Shown here piece by piece: positions 52,526 to 64,000 of a stretch of DNA of 64,000 nucleotides. Positions within the stretch are counted from its first letter, which is position 1, and every line of letters starts with the position of its first letter. Source of the stretch: Callorhinchus milii (taxonomy: Eukaryota); the NCBI RefSeq assembly GCF_018977255.1, contig NW_024704743.1:100690001-100754000 (forward strand), read 5' to 3'. Below the pieces are notes generated by a model. The model saw only the letters and a program-made list of their open reading frames with translations. It did no database searches and had not been told where the DNA came from. Position numbers and translations under genes: made by a program.

Positions 52526-53400
52526 CTAACCCAAAGAAAGCCCCCGAGGTATAAAAACAGTAGGTGGGACATGCATGATCAGAAGCAGGATGGAGAATTA
52601 TGATGAGTTTTTCATCAATTACTTTCTTGGTGGAAATGATTAAAAGAAAAATTTTAAAATCTCTACTTAAAGGAGTGGTATGTCATTCATTTTTATGTTA
52701 CATCATTGATGGCTTATTTCTTTAACCTTACTCTCGTTCCTCTGTTAGGGCCCAGATTTAATACTTGGGGTAGCGGACACTGAAAGAGCCAGTTCCACCT
52801 GCTTCTGTGCTGACCAGGGTACTATGGCCAACAACAGTGAGTTTATGGCTTGTGTTGCTTGCGCAATTTTAATTTTAAATTAAATTGTATTTTAAAATGT
52901 TTATTTATCTAATCTATTCTTCACAACAATATTGTTGCTAAATATTGCTAAATCATTTCATGCTTGTTGAAATTTAAATTTAAATTCTGGGAGCGGTGTT
53001 CAGACTGCGAGATCTCGATCTTCTTGAATCACCAATGAGAATAGATGCAAGTCCAGCAGGGCTCATGAGCAGTTCCAACACCAACATAGAACACCTTAAT
53101 GGAACTGTGATTTTTTTTCATTAAAAAAGTTTGCAACTAGTCCTTTCTGTTGTACACTGTTCGCTGTAGAGTCCTTCCATCAGCAATCCTACCATACAGT
53201 AATGCCACAAAATGCCATACGACTCCTTTAACTTGAAAACACAATCACTGAATTCATTATAAAAGCATGCAGATTTAAACTTGCTTACTTTAGTAGTTTC
53301 TGAACATACTAGTTTTTTTAATATAAAAATGCAATTCACTTGCAATATTACTTAGAAACCCATCTGATGCAATAGCATCAACAATAAAGTGCCACCGTAC

Positions 53401-53481
53401 CTGATCATGGTCAATATCAGCATCCCCAGTAATGACGATTCGTTTCTCAATGCGTGTCTCTGAAACACCCCCTTTCACAGT
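53401..53481 (-). CDS. EPB41L3: Protein 4.1B C-terminal domain, penultimate coding exon
   Basis: tttgcag|[27 protein letters not shown]|gtacgg, 81 nt, phase 0/0. Hallmark sequence of the 4.1-family C-terminal domain. Confidence 0.95.
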
Positions 53482-53553
53482 CTGCAAACATGAAGTTGAG
53501 GATGGTTAATTGCTTATAATTTCTATAAAAAAATCAGAAATTGGTGTTCTGCC

Positions 53554-53590
53554 AGTTCTGATGAAAGGTCATCGACCTGAAACATTAACT
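53554..53590 (+). ncRNA. Degenerate minimal hammerhead core in a Penelope-type repeat fragment (about 53551-53650)
   Basis: AGTT-CTGATGA-A-AGGTC-ATC-GACCT-GAAAC-ATT-AACT. Stems I and II both pair. Confidence 0.55.
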
Positions 53591-54257
53591 CATTTTCCTC
53601 TCTCCATGGATGCTGCCTGACCTGCTGCATGTTCCCAGCGACTTCTGTGTTCGTACGGAAAATTGGTGTTGATGGCTCAGCGAGCTAACCTTGTAAGTAT
53701 TTGAGTCAGCAAATATGGACAATAATAATCCTTGCATTTGATATAGCGCCTCATCAGGTCATTGAGACGTCTCCAAATGCTTCACAGGATTTATAAAATA
53801 ATGCGTAATGACTATTTGTGGGCAAACACAGCAGCGAATTTTCACGCAGCGACATCCCACAAACAGCCACAAAATGGATGATGGTTTATATTTAGGGAAT
53901 GTTGGCCAGGGCACCGGGTGAAATACCCTTCTCTTTTCAAACTGTGCCATGGAATCCACCTTAACAGGAAGACGGGACCTCAGTTTAACATCTCATCCAA
54001 AGGATGGCACCTCCGACAATAGAACACCCTCCCCAGTGCTGCATTGGAGTATCAGCTTAGCCAATTTGAATTCCAGTCCCTACGTGGGACAAACATTTGA
54101 TGGCTGGTTTTGATCCCTAGCTTGTGCTGGTTAGCTAATGTCAGATAGGTCAAAATACCACCGACTCCAGTATCGTCAGAGAGAGGAAAATCCAGAGGTA
54201 CTGCTCCCTATTGCTCTCCCTCTCTCTGCTGAAGGGATGCTCGAGTCAAGATTGGAT

Positions 54258-55473
54258 TGTTCTATACCCTTTAAGAACCAATTAACTGGGAACCAATGTA
54301 AGGGGATCAGGAAGTATAAAGTAGGATGCAGGGGAACTAGCTGAAGGGGTTTTGTTTGTATTATTTGATTGTGTTTTGAGAGCTGAGAATAAAATAGTAA
54401 TTTTATTTGTTCTAGAATAGAATAGAACAAATAAGATCAAGGCAATAAAAAATAATTCTGAGGTGGAATTCTGAGGTGGAATCCGGAGTGATTAATGAGT
54501 ATAATATTGATGCAATAAACATCATTAAAAGAGTGCATACAGAAAAAGAAAGTGGATGATATCGCTATGGTGCATAGAAGAAAGAAAATGGTTAAGGTGC
54601 AAATTAGATACAGGAGCTCAGGCCAGTGTGATGCTAGTGCAAGATCTCATTGAAATGAGGTTGCTCAAAAGAATTTGGAGTGAAGATAGAAGACCACAAA
54701 ACCACTTACCGGAGTATCCCCCAAGCAATTGTAGGGTGGAGCAGGAACGACAGACTAAAAAAAAATTTGGAAGATGACAGACAACACAAAGGTAGATAAG
54801 CACCTGGCAATTCTGGCCTATAGAAACAGGCAAAAAGACAATGAGGGACAATCGCAAATACTGATGACAAGATGGTTAAGAGATTTGTTATTCTCGGAAG
54901 AAAAAAAATTGAGACCGGAGGTAAAACACAAGAAAAATGGAGAAATCCAAAATTGAACCAGGAAAGGAGAAAACTTTTATAAAAGGAAGAGGATATGGTT
55001 TAGGAAGAAAAACCTAACAACAGAAGGTTGAACGAAAGGAGAAATTTGTGAGAAGGATAAAACCCCAAGATCATATTTGACTTAAAAATGATAAAGGAAA
55101 AATATATGGAAGAACGTCATGGGAAATACGCCAAAGAAGGAAGAAGGACAGAGGAAGAAAAAGAAGAGCAGAAGGAAGATCTGGGTTGGCAGAAACATCG
55201 AGAACCATCAGGTCAGGAAGAGTAGTAAAACAAACGCGGAGATTAATTGAACAAAAATGAGACACAGAGAGGAAAAAAAGCCCAAAAAGGGAAGATTTTG
55301 GATACCCTTTAAGAAGAAATGACCAATGAACTGGGAACTAATGAAAGGGATCAGGAAGTATAAAGCAGGATGCAGGGGAACTAACTGAAGGGGTTTTGGT
55401 TGTATTGTTGGACTGTGTTTGAGAGCTGAGAATAAAATAGTGATTTCTGCATTTGTGTTGTGAGAAGATAACA
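54258..55473 (+). mobile_element. Internally deleted Gypsy-type LTR retrotransposon (1216 bp)
   Basis: LTRs at 54258-54429 and 55296-55473, each with TATAAA and AATAAA. TG...CA outer ends, 5-bp TSD TGGAT, purine tract before the 3' LTR, protease motif KLDTGAQASV, and integrase-end remnants. Confidence 0.88.
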
Positions 55474-57329
55474 TGGATGGGGACTATTTCAAGTTAGGCT
55501 GTGATGTTCCTCTGTTTCAAACAGCTTGCTGTGTCTGAATAATAACCATTTGAATAAGGTACCAAAGGGGTAAAATGTGAAACTTGTTAAGTGTTTGATT
55601 ATACCTTGAGACAGAAATTGTGGCCTTTCAGTGTTAAAATGTGCCCATTGATACCACTAGGTGGCGGCAGATTCCTCTCATCTTGCCTATATCAGGTTTC
55701 GCAGAGCATAGATGCCATAAATTGTCCAAATAAATGTCAATTGTATTGTTTTGCTGCATTCATACTGCACAGTTAGCAAACAAAAATCTAATTTCTGAAA
55801 CATAACCCCCATTGTCTGAAACTAGGCTGCCCTTTTTATTAATCAAATTTGATAAAATTAGATCTCGTGCTCTACCCTTTAACTAGCTTCTAAAATATTT
55901 TCAACATTTAGAGCTTTATTTACGGTTACTCGAGAACCATAAATTCTGGTTTAACCAAGTATGTGCTGTTTATATGAACAGTTACTTGAGAACCGTTCAT
56001 ATAATGTGGAAAAAGGTTGGTGGGATGGTAGAGGGTAAGGTGTTCAAATGAGGGGAAGGTTCCGGAGGAGTAAGGAGATAGGCCTTGATAGGCTGTTCTA
56101 ATTTTGTTACTGTCTGTGCAAGGTTTTGTGCAAATAAAAGTGTTTTCTCTAATGTGGAGAAATAAATGAAAATTATTTGAGATATGTCTATATTTCCTTT
56201 ATTTTTCATGATTAAGTATTTTTAGGAATAACTACCATTGAGACTGCACCAGAAACACTTGTTTGAGAACTACTGCTCTATTCTATTACACAGAATCACA
56301 TAAGACTGCACAGGACCAAAACAGACCATTTGCCCAAACTAGTCTGTGACAGTGTTTATCCTCCAGATGAGCTTCCAAACCCTCCTAATCCCCTGTCTCT
56401 GTCCCTCTCACATACTCTTCTATTCCTTTCTCCTTCATGTATGCAGTTTCCAGTCTCAGGCCAGGTCAGGAGGTGCCCCATCCAGTACATGTACGGTGGG
56501 TGTGTAACACATATCTTTACATACACATTTATCACTAAAAATCTTTGTGATTGCAAAGCATTTCCTAGTACTGCTACCCCCTCCTAACAGGGAACAACTT
56601 GCATTTATATAGCGCCATTCATGTAGGATAATGGCTCAAAGCGCTTCAAAATGACGGGTTCAGACACCAGTCAAAGGAAAGGATGACGGGGGAAGGGGAA
56701 GATGATCATATTGATCGAAGAGAGGTTAACAATTGCTCCTCACCGATTGTTTGGGATAATGAACTCTACGCAGCCACTTGCCACATCACTAAACCTCCTA
56801 ATAGTGGATATTAACATCCAGATCAGCGATTTGCAGATGAGATAGATGGCAAGATAGAACATTTATTCACATAAGAGCATATATAAATGTATAATGCAAA
56901 TTGTTGTAATCATTTAAACCAGTTCTGTTTTATTTAAAATAGCTGCAGCATAAAGTAGGTTGAAAGTCTACATACAGGAAGTACTTTGTTTTTTCTCTTT
57001 TTCAAGCTTATAGAGCTTTGAGTGGAATTTCAGTCTGTGTGGATCACAGGTTGCACCTGTCTCCCACTATGAATATATACTCTCAAATAGTCTAATGTGA
57101 AGAGCGCTATACAAATGTAATGTGTTGTTGTAGCTCTTTCTAGTTTTCTACATTAAGTATTTTGACAGTAACTTTATTACCCAGGTAAGATTGTTTAGTT
57201 TGTTAGTATAATATAATTAGCAGACATTGGTGTGAAAATGTTCTAATTATTAATTTGAATCGATTATGAAAAGTCACCTTTTCACAGCATTCAATGTTAT
57301 TTATATTTTATATATCCTTTATAAATCAA

Positions 57330-58430
57330 TTAACAATGACAACAACTTGGATTTATATAGTGCCCTCCACGCCGGATGACGTCTCAGAGTGCTTCACAGT
57401 AACGGATCCCGGGGCTGAGCCAGGGGGAGGGGTAGGAAGGTGACCAAAGGCGCGGTCAAAGAGAAAGGTCTTCAGCAGGGACCTGAAAATAGGAAGAGAG
57501 GGAGCGAGACAAAGGGAATGAGGAACGGAGTTCCTGAGCCTTGGGGCATAGTTGCTGAGGGCATGGCCGCCGAGGGTGGAGCGGAGGACTCGGGGGACAA
57601 GGAGGAAGCCAGACCCAGAGGAACGAAGGCAATGGGTACTGTTTTGAGGAGAGAGGTCAGAGCGGTAGGGGGGTGCATAGGAGTGCAGGGACTTGAATAC
57701 AAGGGTGAGGATCTTGAAGTCGATCCTTTCTGGGACAGCCAGTGCAGTCTGGCAAGGACTGGGGTGATGGGGGAGAGGAGTTTGGTGCGGGTGAGAATGT
57801 GGGCGGCAGAGTTTTGAATAATCTGGATTTTATGGATGGTAGTGGAGGGGAGACCGGTGAGGAAGGAATTAGAGTAGTCCAGCCGAGAGGTGACAAAGGC
57901 ATGGACCAGGGTTTCAGCGGCTTTTGGAAAGAGGTATTGACGGAGATGGGCGATGCGTCGGAAGTGGAAGAAGGCGGTACTAGTGAGGGACCGGATGTGG
58001 GGGAGGAAGGATAATTGGTGGTCGAACCTGACGCCTAGGTTGCGTACGGGTTCGGAGAATTTTAGGGGGAGGTTGGGTAGGTGGAGGAGGTGAGAGCCGT
58101 GAGATTTTAGACGTTGACGAGAGCCAAAGAGTATGGCTTCTGTCTTATCAACATTCAACTGAAGGATGTTTGCGCTCATCCAGCCCCTGAGATCTGACAG
58201 GCAGGCTGACAGAACATCAGGGGACTGGGGGTTGCAAAGAGAGGTGGAAAAATAGTTGGGTGTCGTCTGCATACATGTGGAAATGTACCCCATATCTGCA
58301 GATGACATCCCCAAGAGGGAGCATGTAGATCAGAAAGAGGAGGGGGCCAAGGATGGATCCTTGGGGTGAGAGCGGGAGTAGAAGCCGTTTGTGCAGATGT
58401 ACTGCTGGCGGTTTGTGAGGTAGGAATTAA
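57330..58430 (-). mobile_element. L2 LINE, about 1.1-kb 3' portion
   Basis: LQLNVDKTEAILFG, VRNLGVRFD, AETLVHAFVTSRLDYSNS, LARLHWL and the tail. Confidence 0.92.
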
Positions 58431-58502
58431 ACTGAACAAATGAAGCAATACCAAATCTCCAGCTCCTTAACGATGATAAATCAACAACAGATCATCCCGA
58501 TT

Positions 58503-61500
58503 GATGGGATACAATATTTCAGACTCTTCACATCTTCACCTCCTTGAACAGATATGGAAACAATAAATGTATCAAAAGCTGCACATAGTTGACAGGGAGC
58601 CTGAGAGAGGGGAAATCTAGTGATATACAAGCTATCTGTTCTTTTGCAGCTTCATAAGTAGAGATCATTAAATAACAAAACTTACATTGTATAGTGCCTT
58701 CCCCGTCAAGAGGACATCCCAAGGCGCTGGACAATCAGTGTTTCAGACTGAAACAATAGTTTATGGCAGCTGCTCATGACATTTTATCATAATATATCAT
58801 TAATCTAATATGTATTTAATTTGTACTGTAAATCCTGGTGTCTGGCTGTCTCGTTCACCCACAAATAATTACTCCACTTCACAATAAATCATATGAAGTG
58901 CTTTGGGGCATCATCCTGACGTGAAAAGCATGTATCAAATGCAAGAAATATTATTTTTATTATTATTAAATCACACTATTGTGGATTTCCAATAAATCTT
59001 CATTTTGGTGTATTAACTAACAATCATTTTTAAGTTGATGAATCATATTCATCCTGCTGAATGTTTACACTCTTTAGATATCACGTCCAATTGCTGAAAG
59101 AATGTGCAGGGGTTTCATTTTATGGGCCACTAGCACCAGTATTGGGGGAAGAGGGAGCTATTCAAAACTAAAAACAATAATAAATTGGTCATTTTCAATC
59201 TACGACTGTTTGTGGGACATTGCTGTGCGCAATTGGCTGCCGCGTTTGCCCACAAATATACAGTCAATTCACTTTACAGTGTATTCTGTGAAGCGCTTTG
59301 GGACGTCCTCCCGACGTGAAAAGCGCTATATCAAATGCAAGGATTATTTTATTATTATTATTCCATAGAGATGGGCTCCACCTAAACCGGACTGGGACCA
59401 ATGTCCTGGCAAAACGAATAAATAGGGAGGAAGGCAGAGCTTTGAACAACTAAGGGGTGGGGGGGGGGGGGGGGGGAAGCTACGGCTACAGTTAGTAGCA
59501 AACCAGCTGAAACTAAGAAAAATGAAAGTGGTAGAGGAGATTAGCGAGGGAGATAAACAGTGTGTCTGTGAGGGACAAGAAGCTCAGAAAAGAAAATAGG
59601 GCATTAGCGAGTAGGGGAAATAGCAAGAAGTCAAAATTAAAGGCGCTATATCTGAATGCACAAAGCTTTCGTAATAAGATAGATGAATTAATGGCACAAA
59701 TAGAAACAAATGGGTATGATCTAATAGCCATTACTGAGACATAGTTACAGGGGGATCATGGGTGGGAGCTAAATATTCCAGGATATTCAGCATATAGAAA
59801 ACATAGACAACATGGAAAACTAGGCTAATAAAGGATGGGATAAAAACAGTAGAGAGGAAGGATTTTAAATCAGAAAATCAGGATGTAGAGGCAGTATGGG
59901 TGGAATTACGAAATAACAAGGGGCAGAAAACACTAGTGGGAGTAGTTTATAGACCCCCGAACAGCAGTCATAGTATTGCACAGTATTAACCAGGAAATCA
60001 GAGAAGCATGTAGCAAAGGAAATACACTAATAGTGGATGATTTTAATCTTCATATAGATTGGGAAAACCAAATTGGCAAAATTGTATAGAATACATTAGA
60101 GACAGTTTCTAGATCAGTATGCTGAGGAACCAACCAGGGAACAGGCGATCCTATATCCTGTTTTATGTAATGAAATAGGGCTAATCAGCAATCTGGAAGT
60201 TAAGGCTCCTCTAGGGCAGAGTGACCATAACATGATGGAATTTAGCATTACGTTAGAGAGTGATGTAGTTAAGTCCAAAGCAAGAGTCTTAAACTTAAAT
60301 AGAGCCAACTTTGCAGGTATGAGAGAAGATTTAGCTAAAATAGACTGGGGAATTAGATTAAAGGATATGACAGTAGACCAGCAATGGCAAACCTTTAAAG
60401 ATATAGTACATAATTCCCAGCGATCACATATTCCCTTGAGGAATAAAAATACCACGGGAAAAGTGGTTCAACCATGGCTAACTAGAACAGTTAGGGAAAG
60501 TATAAAATTAAAAGAAGAGACCTATAATACTGCCAAAAAGAGCAGTAATCCCAAGGATTGGGAGGGCTTCAGAGACCAACAAAGAAAGCCAACAACAAAA
60601 TTACATTTATAGATCGTCTTTCACGTCGAGAGGACATCCCAAAGTGCTGAGACTAAGACTAAGAAACTGATTAGGAGGGAGAAAATGGATTATGAGGGCA
60701 AACTAGCTAGGAACATAAAAACAGACTGCAAGAGGAAGAGACTAACAAAAGTGAATGTGGGTCCAATACAGGCAGAGACAAGAGGAATTATAATGGGGGA
60801 TAAAGATATGGCAGAGTCATTAAACAGATACTTTGCTTCTGTCTTCACGTTAGAAGACACTGAAAACTTACCAAAAATAGAGGGGAACCAAGAAGCTAAT
60901 GTTAGTGAGCAACTTAGAGAAATTAACATCAGTAAAGAATTAGTACAAGGGAAACTGTTGGGATTGAAAAATGACAAATCCCCTGGACCTGATGGCCTGC
61001 ATCCTAGGGTTTTAAAAGAGGTGGCTGCTGAGATAGTGGAGACCTTGTTTTTGATCTTCCAAAATTCTCTGGATTCTAGAACGGTTCCCATTGATTGTAA
61101 GATTACAAACGTAACATCACTATTTAAGAAGGGTGCGACAGAGAAGATGGTAACCATAGACCAGTTTGACATCGGTGGTAGGGAAAATTCTAGAATCCTT
61201 AATTAGGGACGTTGTAGTGGGGGTACTTAGAGGACCGTAACATGATTAGGCAGAGTACAAAAGGGAAGTCATGTCTTTACAAAAGGGAAGTCATCCTTAA
61301 CAGTTGTTTGAAGAGCTTTTTGAAGCGATATAACAGATAGGGGGAACCAGTAGATGTAGTATATTTAGATTTTCAGAAGGCATTCGACAAGGTGTCACAT
61401 AAAAGGCTGCTACACAAGATTAGGGCACATGGAATTAAAGGCAATATATTAGCATGGATCGAAGAGTGGCTAATGGGAAGAAAACAGAGAGTAGGGATAA

Positions 61501-64000
61501 ACGGGTCCTTCTCAGATTGGCGGGATGTGACTAGTGGAGTGCCACAAGGATCATTGCTTGGGACTCAACTATTTACAATCTATATCAATGATCTAGATGA
61601 GGACATAGATCTTAAAATATCTAAATTCGTGGATGATACTAAGCTAGGTGGGAAAGTAAGCTCCAAGGATGTCACAAAAAGATTGCAAAGGGATATAGAT
61701 AGGCTAGGTGAGTGGGCAAGAAGATGGCAGATGGAATATAATGTGGGGAAGTGTGAAGTTATTCATCACCTAGGTAGTAAAAACAGAAAAGCAGATTATT
61801 TTCTAGAAGGGGAGAGACTAGATAGCGTTAGTGTTCAGAGGGATTTGGGTGTCCTTGTACACCAGTCACAAAAAGTTAGTGTGCAGGTACAGCAAGCAAC
61901 TAGGAAGACTAATGGCATGTTGGCGTTTATTGCAAAATTAGAATATAAGAGTAGGAAAGTCTTACTGAAATTGTATAGGGCCTTGGTGAGACCACACCTA
62001 GAATATTGTGTGCAGTTTTGGTCTCCTTATTTAAGAAAGGACATACTCACCTTAGAGGGGGTGCAGCGTAGATTCACAAGGTTAGTTCCTTAGGATGAGG
62101 CGGTTGACCTATGCGGATATGTTGAGTAAACTAGGCCTATATTCTCTAGAATATAGAATTAGGGGTGATTTTACAGAAACATATAAGATTCTTATGGGGC
62201 TTGACAGAGTAGACAGTGCAAGACTATTTCCACTGGTTGGAGAATCTAGAACTAGGGATCACAGTCTTAAGATTAAGGGACAGCCCTTTCGAACAGAGTT
62301 GAGGAAACACTTCTTCACTCAGAGGATAGTGAATTTATGGAATTCTCTACCCCAGAAGGCTATAGATGCTCAGTCCTTGAACATATTCAAGACTGAGATA
62401 GATTTCTAAAGGATAGAGGGATTAAGGGATATGGGGATAAGACGGGCAGATGGAGTTAGGTTAGAAGATCAGCCATGATCTTATTGAATGGCGGGGGAAG
62501 GCTCGAGGGGCCAAATGGCCTACTTCTGCTCCTAATTCCTATGTTCCTATGCCTTGAATCTCACCAAGAGTTATAATTAGACAATAGAGGTGGTAAGCAG
62601 GACACGATGTTCTCGTTCTTATTCTTAGACCAGTGATGTACTATAAAAAGTGACATTTGCTAAATATTAATTTGAAAAATATTTTGTTCCCAGTTATACT
62701 CTGAACATTTGAATGGGCTGTGAATACATTTGAGAGGCAAATTCTTGTGTGACAGATGATATATTTCTGTAAATTATCTTCTGTACTAATAAAACAATGT
62801 CTGTCTGTGCTTCAAGAAGGATCTCAATAACTGATTGACGTAGAGACACGATTTATACCTCATCTGAAAGATCTTGCAACTGGGAGTGACATGATCATAT
62901 TTGTTTTCGGGTATCTCCTATCGTTCATGAGTTATTTTCAGTTTTGCATTTTGCGCTGTGGCATTGTGTGGACTACGTATGTTCACAGGCACTGCAGTTA
63001 CATCTGGTGGCTGCGCCGACTGACTGTGGCGCTGTGCTATCCTGCGTCACAGAGTGCGTACGTAGCCAAGTAGTGGGAACAACATAAAGAACACAGATGA
63101 AGCTAAGTCGGGGCATCAACAACAAAATTGTATTTTTAAAGCACTGAGTCTCCCAAAAGGAGTCCTCCCAGATGAGTATAAAGATGAAATGTCTGTCTGT
63201 GCGTCAATCTACATTCCATATTGCATCCTTTGGTTGCAAGCGAAGCTGCAATGGGTACAGATAATAATTCAATAAGTCTTTTGAAGAAGTTTTATCAAAC
63301 AGCTGGAAAAAGGAGGATTCATGTTCAAAAAGGCAGAACAATTTCATACGCTAAAGGATATTGCTACTGAGTACGACTATGTACTAAGAATCATATTAAT
63401 GAATGTCATGTTGCTCAATATAATAAAATGTTGTCCAATATAAATGAATGTGAGCATACCATGTATTTAGAACATTCTTTGAAGTGTAAATTTTTACATT
63501 TAGTACACTGAATGTTTAAATTATTAATAATCCTTGCCTTATCGCATCATTGAAACATCTCAAGGCAGTTCACAGAATTTTACAGTAAAGTGTAGTGACT
63601 TCAGTTTAACTTCTCATCTGAAGGTCGGCACCTCCAACAATTCAGCACTCCTCAGCACTGGAACGTCAGCCTAAACAATGAGTTCAAAGTCCTGATGTGG
63701 GGCTTGAACTCACCACCTTTAGACTCGGAGGTGCGATGCAGCCAACTGAGCTAGGCTAACAACTAAACTGTGGATGGACACATACAGAACAAAATCTGTA
63801 TGCACTGCTCAAAGGGGTATACGTTATAATTGAAATGAGCGCTTTCATGGTAAATGCAAGTGTTGTTTCGGAGAGTTCATATCATTGATCGCATTATTAA
63901 ACAGAATATGACATAGTCAAGTATTTATGCCTTTACCACTTTTATTTCACCATGAAGAAACATACATTCAACATTTAATACATTGCAGCAGAACATCTGA
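58503..64000. repeat. Segmental repeat, copy 2 (runs off the window end)
   Basis: Matches 43662-49248. The offset is 14841 at the start and 14752 at the end. Confidence 0.97.
59364..62551 (+). mobile_element. CR1 LINE, duplicate of 44523-47807 without the internal SINE fragment
   Basis: Same sequence, sharing most disablements. Confidence 0.95.

Noticed and set aside
61392..62409. 233-aa RT ORF as an active or domesticated reverse transcriptase
   Set aside because: It is part of a CR1 copy with upstream stops, frameshifts and an L2-tail insertion.
1..64000. CRISPR-like arrays or prokaryotic defence/operon systems
   Set aside because: The repeats are dispersed retroposon tails at irregular spacing and orientation, and the DNA is intron-containing vertebrate sequence.

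Overview
Eukaryotic, repeat-rich vertebrate DNA. The repeat complement (CR1, L2, tRNA-derived Deu-type SINEs, Penelope-type hairpins) suggests a cartilaginous fish, but that is inference. Three minus-strand genes lie in the order known from the mammalian EPB41L3-ZBTB14-AKAIN1 block. (1) A two-exon AKAIN1-like gene encoding a 68-aa PKA-binding-helix microprotein, missed by the ORF track (22205-22220 joined to 14689-14879). (2) An intact ZBTB14 coding exon (41031-42353). (3) The last two coding exons of EPB41L3 (53401-53481 and 52409-52525). From 58503 to the window end the sequence nearly repeats 43662-49248, so this is either a recent segmental duplication or two haplotypes assembled in tandem. 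The rest is decayed retroelements: three CR1 copies, many L2 3' ends, two SINE families, a Tx1/L1-like 3' end, a nested solo LTR, a 1.2-kb internally deleted Gypsy-type LTR element with intact TSDs, and Penelope-type repeats carrying minimal hammerhead-ribozyme cores. I found no convincing wholly new biological system. Reference protein comparisons are from memory, not database searches.
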